Below are positions 31,742-39,982 of a stretch of DNA of 64,000 nucleotides, in pieces. The stretch is from positions 32,001 to 96,000 of the IMG/VR virus record IMGVR_UViG_3300036791_001907. One strand, given 5' to 3'. The notes beneath the pieces are model-generated. The model searched no databases, had not been told where the DNA came from, and worked only from the letters and a program-made list of their open reading frames with translations. How positions within the stretch are numbered: the first letter of the stretch is position 1; each line of letters opens with the position of its first letter. The position numbers were made by a program, and so were the translations under genes. The DNA comes from a virus.

Positions 31742-32275
31742 ATGCCATCGGGTGTCAAGAAGAAGTCATCAGCGCCGGCGCCGGCGCTCAAGTACGAGTT
31801 CCGGGCCTGCTTCCGGAGCCCGCTCGATCCCAACGTCGTCGCGGCGCGGCTCGAATGGCTCAGAACCAGACTGAGCCGGGACCCGGAGGGTCAGGACGTC
31901 CTGGAAGACGCCCGGCCCGTCGGCTCGCCGTTGCATGATCACTTCGACTGGAATGACTACGAGGCCGGCGAGAAGCATCGGCTCGGCCAGGCCACGGATC
32001 TGATCAACGCCATCCGGGTCACCGTTTACGTGGTGGCGAAGCCCAAGGGGCGGGTCAAGCAGCTGCTGCCGGCCTATGTCCGGCTGAAGAACCCCGCCGG
32101 TCGGCGCACCTTCGTCGCAGCGACCATCGCGACGGCAACGCCCCGGCGCGCAGAGACGCTGGCGGAGACCATCATTCGGTATGCACACATGGCGACTCGC
32201 GATCGCGCGCTCGGGCTCACCGAGCTGGATCCGCTGTTCGACGTGATTGATAAGTTGAAGAAGCGGTACGGCTGA
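31742..32275 (+). CDS. Accessory protein of the RAMP locus
   Basis: 177 aa; 'ARPVGSPLHDHFDWND.EAGEKHRL.QATDLINAI' is a phage hypothetical motif I recall next to such RAMP-like genes. Followed within 10 nt by a pseudoknot repeat. Confidence 0.7.
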   Translation: MPSGVKKKSSAPAPALKYEFRACFRSPLDPNVVAARLEWLRTRLSRDPEGQDVLEDARPVGSPLHDHFDWNDYEAGEKHRLGQATDLINAIRVTVYVVAKPKGRVKQLLPAYVRLKNPAGRRTFVAATIATATPRRAETLAETIIRYAHMATRDRALGLTELDPLFDVIDKLKKRYG

Positions 32276-32283
32276 TGCAGCAG

Positions 32284-33923
32284 ACCGACGGTCGGCGGTA
32301 TATCCGGTGGTGACGGGAAGGCGGCAGAGATCCGGCTTCGTTCGCTCCGGCGTGCGACGCTGGGGCCCGGCAGCCAAGGACCGGCGTGGCAAGCCGCGTT
32401 CTGGCTTGCAGCGTCTAGGTTCGGCCGCAGCGGAGGGCCAGGCCGGGGTAGTGTTCGGCTCCGCAGGTCGAGGCTTGTCCCGGTTCGGCAGCTCGGGTGC
32501 GTCGTGCTGCGAATAGGCATCGTGAGGCTGGCTTCGGCAGCGTCAGGCAGCGGCGGAGGGCCTTGTCCGGGTGTGGCATTCGGCGGCTTGGCGTGCCCAG
32601 GTGAGCCGAGGCCGTACAGGTTAGGCGGGATGCGCCCGGCACTGCAATGGCCTGCTCCGGCTGGCCGGGCAGTAAAGAACCGACGGCCAGCGGTATATCT
32701 GGCGGTGACGGCAGTTCAGGAGCGGATGGGACGGCCCAGGCAGGGCTTGTTACGGCCCGCCGGGACTCGTTTCGGCGCCGCCGTATTGGTCTGGCTTCAC
32801 ATGCCGTGGCGACGTGAGCCGCGGTCAGCACAGGAGCGGCAGCGATGGTTCGTCTAGTCTACACAAGGCAGGCCCAGGCAGCCGGAGGTATGCCCAGCAG
32901 GGCCATGGCCGTACAGGACAGCAGGGGTAGGTAAAGCACGGGCAAGCCGTGCCGGGTCCCGGCAGCGAAGCCGAGTTCCGGTGTGGTGCGCCGTGGTGGC
33001 GTCCGTCACGGCGGGCCATGTCGCGGCTAGTCAAGTCGCGGCAGCAAAAAACCTATGGCCACAGGTATATGTGGTGGTGATGGCAGGCAGGGCAAGCCCT
33101 GTCACGTCGCGGTGCGGCATGTCCCGGCAGCGTAGGCTTGGTCAGATACGCGAAGTCCTGGTACGCCGCGGCCGGCACAGGTTAGCTGCGGCCAGGCAGC
33201 ATAGGCTCGTCCCAGCAAAGGCAGGTCGCGACAGGGCTGGCCGCGGTTCGGCAGCATTGGCTGGGAAAGCCCAGCCCAGGTTCGCCGCGCCACGCAGGGC
33301 TTCGGCGGGGCGGGGCAGTCAAGGATCGGCATGGCGTGTCTAGCCACGGTCCGTCATGGCGAGTCGTGCTGCGGCAGCGGCGGAGAGCCGAGCCGTGGTG
33401 GCAACTGGTGGGCCAAGCTACGTTGTGGCGACGCCGGATAGGTATGGCATGCCCCGGACTGCCATGGCGAGTCATGGCGGGCCATGGCGAGCCGTGGCCG
33501 CGAAGGAGTGGCCGCCCGGCGTTCGTCCGGCGTTGGTTGGTCTAGGTAGGGACGCGTCAGCCGGGGCAGTCATGGTTTGGCGCGGCTTGCCTGGTCGTGC
33601 CACGGCAAGCGATGCCAGGGATGGGCAGCAAAAAACCCATGGTCACGGGTATATGTGACGGTGATGGTGCGGCAGCTCGGCCCTGCCATGATGGGGCATG
33701 TCGAGCCGCGGCCAGCAGCGCAATGGTAGCGCTGGTGTTCCCAAGCTTGGCCTGGGTAAGTCAAGCGCTGGCCAGCCGGGGCAGCGAAGGTGAGGCTAGA
33801 TCTATCGAGCCTAGCGCTGTCATGTGCTGGTGAGCCGGGGTGAGCCTCGGTACGGTATCGCCGCTCTGGCGGCGTTAGTCGTGACATCGAAAGCTGTGGT
33901 ATGCCGAGTCGAGGTCAGACAGC
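32284..33923 (+). ncRNA. Guide-RNA arrays 4-7: four pseudoknot repeats, about 24 units
   Basis: Repeats at 32284, 32679, 33051 and 33635; continuous 5-nt periodicity reset by 4-nt GGCA/GGCC/CGCC delimiters. Confidence 0.9.
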
Positions 33924-33936
33924 AGAGGAGGTGTGA

Positions 33937-34152
33937 ATGATCGGACCCAAGTGCGAGTGCCGAAAGCCGACCTTTCCGTCTGAAGACGAACAGTCCTGGC
34001 TGTGCATGAACCCGGAGTGTGCGGGCTTCCAGCAGGTCTACTGCGAGTTGACGCCGGCAGACCTGGCGCTCATCGCCAAGCTGAAGGCGCTGGCCAATGG
34101 CCACTGGCAGCGTGTTGCAAAAACCCGAAAACTCCGCGGTACCAGGAAGTGA
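33937..34152 (+). CDS. Small Zn-finger protein inserted in the array
   Basis: RBS GAGGAGG; 'CEC...CMNPEC'; lacks pentamer periodicity. Confidence 0.6.
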   Translation: MIGPKCECRKPTFPSEDEQSWLCMNPECAGFQQVYCELTPADLALIAKLKALANGHWQRVAKTRKLRGTRK

Positions 34153-34157
34153 TGAAC

Positions 34158-35835
34158 GGTTCGGCAGCCGCGGTGAGGTGCGACCGGGTTCGTCCAGCGA
34201 TGGCGGACCTTGGTGTGGCATCACAGCAGTAAACCTATGGCCACAGGTATAAGTGGCGGTGATGGAATGGCAGCATCGGACGGGCTCGGACGGGCCATGA
34301 CGGGCCGGGTTAGCTGTGCCGCGTCAAGGCAGTACTGGCTAGGTTTTTCAGGGCATGCTCTGGTGCGCCTGGTCACGGCCGTCTAGGTGAGGAGTCGCGT
34401 GCAGCGGCTTGCCACGGCCAGTTCTGTCGAGGCAAGCCGAGGCCGTCAAGGTGCGGCCAGGCAAGTAATGCAGGGATCGGGCTGGCTATGGTCCGGCCGC
34501 AATGGCAAGGTTAGTTGCGGCTGGTACCGGCGGGGCGAGCCCTGCTGTGGTATGGCCGTAACGGTAGTCCGCGGAGCGCCATGGACGGCCCCGCTCAGGC
34601 TGGCCAAGGTCGGCCGAGGCAGTCTTGCAAGGGATCGTCCAGCCTGGTTGTGCCATGGCCAGGCAGGGGAGCAGAGGTGTGTTCTGGCACCCTGTGATCT
34701 GGCCGGCCAAGTCACGGCAAGGCCGGGCAGCAGTAAACCCATGGTCGCGGGTATATGCGACGGTGATGGAAGGGCAGCCGTGGACAGCAGGGTTATGATG
34801 CGCTGCGCAAGGGCTGGTCCTGGCAGGCCAAGGATCGGCAGGAGAGCACAGGTCCGGTCTGCATAGTAGTGGCGAGACCTACCATGTCGAGCCGGGTTTC
34901 GGCAGCAATGCGAAGGTGAGCCTTGCCGGGGCGGCCGTAGCTGTGGCAGTGTAGTCGAGTCGTGGCAAGCCTAGTCCGGCATAGTTGGGCTCTGGTCCGG
35001 TCCGGCAGCAGAAGTGTGTCTTGGTCCGCCGCGTCGCGACGCGGTGGGATCCGGCAGTAATGGTGCGGCTAGTCATGGCGCCGCGAGCCGCGCTGTGTCA
35101 TGTCATGATCTGGCTAGGCCGGACAGCAAAAAACCGATGGCCAGCGGTATATCTGGTGGTGACGGGAAGCATCGGCAGCGACGGCAAGCCGTGGTGTGGT
35201 ATGCCCGGCTCCGCCAAGCTACGGCAGCAGTGGGCAGGCTGGGCAGGTTTTGCTCCGTCGTGTCGAGTGTTGGTAAGGCAGCCATGGTGTGGCCCGGCGC
35301 GTCATGTCGCGTCGTCCTTTGCGCCGGCATGGCGTGGCCGCTGTGGCAAGACACCCTTAGTCATGATGGGGCCGGGCGGGCACCTGTTTGCTGCGCCGAG
35401 TCGTGGCAGTGACGCAGTGGTGTGTTGTGCCCCGGCCTGCCCCGGCGAGTCCTGTCATCGTGGGCAGCGCTGAGGCAGCAAAAAACCCATGGCCACGGGT
35501 ATATGTGGCGGTGATGGACAGCCCCGCGCTGGCCGGCTTTGGTCAGCCATGCAGAGCTGCGGCAGCAGAGGTGAGGCGTGACCAGCACAGCCGGGGTACG
35601 GTTCGCTGTGCCCTGGTTAGGCAGGTGGGTCATGGTTCGCGATGGCGCGTTGAGCCTTGCCATGGTGAGGCAGCAATGGATCGGCGGGCTGTGGCACGGC
35701 AAGCCTGGGTCGGATCCGCTGCGGCAGCGGAGGTGCGGAACGCCATGGACCGGCAGGGTGGGCCAGGGTGGGCCGAGCCACGGCAGCACGGGTGTGCCGT
35801 GTCCGGCCTAGTCAAGGACGGATGAGCCGCGCACT
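34158..35835 (+). ncRNA. Guide-RNA arrays 8-11: four pseudoknot repeats, about 26 units
   Basis: Repeats at 34233, 34737, 35133 and 35485; same pentamer grammar; ends at a strong hairpin. Confidence 0.9.
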
Positions 35836-35840
35836 GTGGA

Positions 35841-35870
35841 AGGGGGCGTGGTCTTCGGGCCACGCCCCCT
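35841..35870. terminator. GC-rich hairpin with cUUCGg tetraloop closing the array
   Basis: AGGGGGCGTGGTC-TTCG-GGCCACGCCCCCT, between the + strand array and a convergent - strand gene; U-tract weak. Confidence 0.7.
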
Positions 35871-35872
35871 CC

Positions 35873-36079
35873 TTATACCTTCACGCCGGCGAGCAACTCG
35901 AAGACCCCGAATGCCTTACACAAAAAGATGATCAGAACCAGGGCCAGCAGACCATAAGCGAGGTGAATACACCACCGCGGGTAAGCCAGCCTCGATCCCA
36001 GCTGCTGATCGGCGAAGGCGACCAGCGCGCAGGCGATGATGAACGCCAGAACGGCCAGCAAAACGCCGAGCAAACTCAC
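35873..36079 (-). CDS. Small two-TM membrane protein
   Basis: 68 aa, two hydrophobic helices, coupled to the upstream - strand gene. Confidence 0.6.
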   Translation of the reverse strand: MSLLGVLLAVLAFIIACALVAFADQQLGSRLAYPRWCIHLAYGLLALVLIIFLCKAFGVFELLAGVKV

Positions 36080-37251
36080 GGTGCACCTCCCTGACGATGA
36101 GTCGCGGCCAGGGCCCGCAGATCCTCACGAGTGAACCCCGTCCGGACGCCAGCTTCCTTGACGAAGGGACGAATGGACCGATCCGCGCACAGTGTATCGA
36201 AGATCCGGGCATCGCCCAGTGGCAGCGTCGGAATGATCTCAGCCATCTTGGTCGCATCAACATGGATGCCATCGCTGTCGATGGCGTTGGCCAGCTCATC
36301 ACCCATGTAACTTCGCACGTCACGAATTCGCAACCGGCCCAGGTCATCGCGGTTGTAGACCGAGCCGCTGGTCGTCGAGACGTGCTGGTCGGCCAGCGCC
36401 GAGGCCACCTTCCGTGTGATCCTGAAAAGCAGGTCCTCGGCCCGCGGCACGGCGGCGGAATATTCACGAATGCGCAGCATCCGGTCGAGCTGATCGATGA
36501 CCTCGGCAGTCTTGATCAGCCGGTCAGGCGCGCGGGACTTGGCCGGATCCTTGGTGATCATGTCGGCCATCCTCTCCAGCTCGCCGGCGAGATCAGGATC
36601 CCGGGCGCGCGCGATCTTGGCGCGATCGCGAACCAGCTGCGCCGCCTCGCTTGCCGAGCAACCGCCGAAGCCGGCCATCCGTTCCAATGGTTCGTCCAGG
36701 CTGCCGAGCGCAGCCCCGTACCGGGCGGCCTTCTGGAGGATCGCCCGCGCCATCTTCAAACGGTCCGGGAAGGTGAACTCATCTCGCCATTTGTGGATGT
36801 ATTCGGCGGCGGCCTTGACCTCGAGCGCATTCCGCAGCGGCAGCTGCCGCTCATTCCCCTGGATCCAGGCAAAGTCCGAGTCAGGCAGCTTCGCCAGGTC
36901 ATCATGGGCCATCGCCGCGGCCTTCTCGCGCAGCGCATCGGCCTGGGACTCGATCCCCCAGAAGCGGGCGGCTTCCGTGAGCCGGCCCTCGATCTCCGCA
37001 GCCTCGCGCTGCGGCAGTCCGGCTTTCTTGTCGACGAAGAACGCTGCTGACAGCCATGTCGCAGCTTTTGTATGCATGGGATAGCGGCGGTGCCGCTGGT
37101 CGGCAAACAGATGCGGCAGGGTTGACTCTGGCCCACAGAGCTGTTCGACGCTAGCCTCTTTAACAAAGGCTGGTGCCTCGAAGAGCTGGACCAGTCGGTA
37201 TGTTTCCTGACCGCCAAGGTCGGTCGTCTGATCGAGGATCGGTTGTGGCAC
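36076..37251 (-). CDS. Hypothetical protein (possibly virion/head associated)
   Basis: GTG start at 37251 after GGAGG; helical, with 'VKEA/KTA' motifs; function not recognised. Confidence 0.6.
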   Translation of the reverse strand: MPQPILDQTTDLGGQETYRLVQLFEAPAFVKEASVEQLCGPESTLPHLFADQRHRRYPMHTKAATWLSAAFFVDKKAGLPQREAAEIEGRLTEAARFWGIESQADALREKAAAMAHDDLAKLPDSDFAWIQGNERQLPLRNALEVKAAAEYIHKWRDEFTFPDRLKMARAILQKAARYGAALGSLDEPLERMAGFGGCSASEAAQLVRDRAKIARARDPDLAGELERMADMITKDPAKSRAPDRLIKTAEVIDQLDRMLRIREYSAAVPRAEDLLFRITRKVASALADQHVSTTSGSVYNRDDLGRLRIRDVRSYMGDELANAIDSDGIHVDATKMAEIIPTLPLGDARIFDTLCADRSIRPFVKEAGVRTGFTREDLRALAATHRQGGAP

Positions 37252-39971
37252 AGCTTCCCTCCTTGAATGCGTTTCTGCCCTGGACGAGCGTCCTGCCGGT
37301 ACTCGGCGTGGAGGTCCACGGCGCGGCATTACCGGCCACGGTGCGCTGCCCATTGTGCCAGCGCCAGGCGCTTGGAGTCTACAAGGACCCTTCACGCCGT
37401 GGCGAGTGGTACCATTGTAGCGGTTGCAGCTTCGCGGGCGATGGGGTCGAGCTGACGGCGGCCGTCGGCACGATCTCGATCGGCAGCGCGATCCTCAAGC
37501 TGGCCGCGCGCGGATTGCCCATCCCACCCATCTTGCTGGAGCCTGAGCGGCTCGACGTCTACACCAAGCGGGTCGACGCCCAGCGGCAGGCACAGGTCTT
37601 CTGGGACGCCGCCCGCGCCTCGACGGCCGATACCGGCAACACCGGCCCGGCGCAGCGCAAGCTGGGCATTGCCCCCGGCGCCATGCATGCCCCGGAATGG
37701 CCGCGGCGGGGCGGCCGGTTCGTGGGCCATTGCCGCGTCCCCGAGATCGAGGCGCTGCTGCGGTCCTACGTGCTGAACTACCGGCGCAAGCAGGGCAAGC
37801 ACAACATTGGCGGCGTGGGTTGGAATCCCCTGTTCGTCGGTCCCGGCTGGCGCGATCTTCTGGTCATCGCCTATCAGGACGTGCTCGGCCGGATCTCGGG
37901 CTTCCTGCTGATCGGCCGCGAGGCGCGCTGGCCCGAGGACTTCGTCTTCGCTCCCGCCCGGCACCGCAGGGATGGCCGGGTGTGGACTACCGGCGTGACG
38001 ATGCTCGAGACGGCGCTGCCCCTGCATCGCGAGTTCGCCGACACGATCTTCGTGATCGATGATCCGGTGCTGGCCGTGCGGCTTCAGCTCCGCCATCTGG
38101 CGGCCTCGGATACGCCGCTGCCCGTGGCGGGCGCCTGGGGCAGGCCGGAGGCCAAGTCGATCTGGCCCTGCCTGCCGCGGCGGAACCTGGTCCACTGGTC
38201 GCCCGAGCCCGATGGCCGGCTGATCGCCCGCGCCCGGGCATCGGGCGGGCGGGTCGCCCTGACTCCGGCCGGGACGGCCGTTAGCGGGCACCTGGAGCGA
38301 TCCAGGCCGATCCAGGCCTTGCGGGGCATGCTGACCGCCGCGCGGCCCTGGGACGCGGCCCTGGAGGCCCTCCTGGCCAGGCTGGCGCCCGCCAAGGCCG
38401 AGGAGCTGGTGCTGGGACTGAAGCTCCAGCCCGATGAGACGGCGGGCTTCCTGCGGACCTGCGCCGACGATACCCGGGCGCGGCTGTCGGCCTTGCTCGC
38501 GGACGCGGGCAAGCCCCGGGGGGTGACCATCAGCGGCAAGACGGTCGTCGAGTCCGGCGGCGCCTGGCGGGTCGCCAAGAGTGGTGAGCTTGTCTGTGAC
38601 GCCGTCCTGAGGATCGCCCAGGTGATCCGCGCGGCCAACGGGGGCGTCTCCTACCGGGGCTCGATCGAGTACCGCGGCCAGTCACTCCCCTTCTGGGCTC
38701 CCGACACCGAGATCGAGAAGGATCCCCTGCGCTGGCTCCGGACCAAGGTGGGCCAGGCCGGACTGGGCGAGGTTCTCATTGGCAGTATTTACTGGTCCAA
38801 GCACCTGCTCACGATCGCCCAGCAGCTGGAACCGCCGCGGTCGGTTCGCGGTCTCGACGCTGTGGGCTGGGATGACGACCGCAACGCGTTTGCCCTGCCC
38901 CGGTTCCTGCTCCGCGGCAATGGCGACGTCGCAGTCCCGGACTATGTCGTGCCACCGGAGGCCGTATTGCCCGCCGCCGGCCTGGCGCCGCCCGAGGGGC
39001 TGGCGCCCGGCGCGCGGGTGGCCCTGGCCTGGGGCGACGAGGCCAACGAGCTGTTCTGGGCGGTGGCGACCTGCCTGCTCACCGATATTCTGGCGCCGGC
39101 CTTGGGGCTACAGCGGACGTCGACCGCCCTGGTCGGCGTGGGCGCCATCGCGGCGGGCCAGGCAACGGCGCGCGCCTTCGGCTGCCTGGAGGTACCCGTG
39201 GGCTATGACTCTGCGCAGCAGGTCGCCGCCGAGACCCGGCGGTTGCTGGGCGCTGGGCACCGCTGGCCGCTCCTGGCCCGCCGCCGCGACAACGAGACCA
39301 CCCGAACGATCCATGTCAAGAGTCTGAGCATGCTGCCGCCAGGGATGATCGCTGCGGTCGGCCAGTGGCCGGCTGCGGTGCTGTCGCTCTCCGGCGGCTG
39401 GCACGTGGTCACCTGCGACCACACCGTGAACACGGAGCGGATCCGCGAGCACGGCGCCGCGATCCTGACGAACTATCTCAAGGATCTCTGCGCGCGGCGG
39501 CTGAGCCTGGAGCCCGAGGGCAACCTGCTCGATGCGGTTCACGCCGACCTGGTCGCCTGGTACGGGCGGGCGCAGGCCACGCCGCGGCCGGTCGAACGGG
39601 CCCGCCAGCATCTCAGTGCCGATGATCCGGCGGCGCGCGGCGATCGGTTCGGCCGGATGGTGGCCCGGCTGATCGCCGCCGGCGATCTGCATCTGACCAC
39701 GCCGACCGCCAATGCCCAGCACGCCATCATTCTGCTCGGCAATGACCAGGTCCATATTCCCAAGTGGGAGTTCATCGAAGGCGTCGCGAAGAAGCGCACG
39801 CCTGTGCTGGACGTTGACGCGCTCTCCGCGCAGCTACGCACTTCGCAGGTTCTGCTCGCGGAGCGGGACCAGGACTACGTGGCCGGCTGGATCGTCTCGG
39901 AGCGCTGGCTGCGCCAGCGCATGGACGACCTCCGGCGTGAGGATCAACCCGGCGTCAGTCTTGTCAAGTAG
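37173..39971 (+). CDS. Large primase-like protein with N-terminal Zn finger
   Basis: 'CPLC...WYHCSGC..AGDGVEL' resembles the CHC2-type primase Zn finger; later 'LVIAYQD..GRISGF'. Start uncertain (GTG 37245 possible). Confidence 0.55.
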   Translation: MPRRAGPVGMFPDRQGRSSDRGSVVAQLPSLNAFLPWTSVLPVLGVEVHGAALPATVRCPLCQRQALGVYKDPSRRGEWYHCSGCSFAGDGVELTAAVGTISIGSAILKLAARGLPIPPILLEPERLDVYTKRVDAQRQAQVFWDAARASTADTGNTGPAQRKLGIAPGAMHAPEWPRRGGRFVGHCRVPEIEALLRSYVLNYRRKQGKHNIGGVGWNPLFVGPGWRDLLVIAYQDVLGRISGFLLIGREARWPEDFVFAPARHRRDGRVWTTGVTMLETALPLHREFADTIFVIDDPVLAVRLQLRHLAASDTPLPVAGAWGRPEAKSIWPCLPRRNLVHWSPEPDGRLIARARASGGRVALTPAGTAVSGHLERSRPIQALRGMLTAARPWDAALEALLARLAPAKAEELVLGLKLQPDETAGFLRTCADDTRARLSALLADAGKPRGVTISGKTVVESGGAWRVAKSGELVCDAVLRIAQVIRAANGGVSYRGSIEYRGQSLPFWAPDTEIEKDPLRWLRTKVGQAGLGEVLIGSIYWSKHLLTIAQQLEPPRSVRGLDAVGWDDDRNAFALPRFLLRGNGDVAVPDYVVPPEAVLPAAGLAPPEGLAPGARVALAWGDEANELFWAVATCLLTDILAPALGLQRTSTALVGVGAIAAGQATARAFGCLEVPVGYDSAQQVAAETRRLLGAGHRWPLLARRRDNETTRTIHVKSLSMLPPGMIAAVGQWPAAVLSLSGGWHVVTCDHTVNTERIREHGAAILTNYLKDLCARRLSLEPEGNLLDAVHADLVAWYGRAQATPRPVERARQHLSADDPAARGDRFGRMVARLIAAGDLHLTTPTANAQHAIILLGNDQVHIPKWEFIEGVAKKRTPVLDVDALSAQLRTSQVLLAERDQDYVAGWIVSERWLRQRMDDLRREDQPGVSLVK

Positions 39972-39982
39972 GAGGTTCCCTG

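Noticed and set aside
29290-35517. 33-nt repeats as a CRISPR array
   Set aside because: Spacing is irregular (about 300 to 1750 nt), repeats vary by covariation, the intervening sequence is pentamer-periodic rather than spacer-like, and no adaptation or processing cas genes are present.
32284-35835. Dozens of short R/G/A-rich ORFs on both strands
   Set aside because: By-products of the GC-rich 5-nt periodic arrays, with no RBS or codon bias. Only 33937-34152 was kept.
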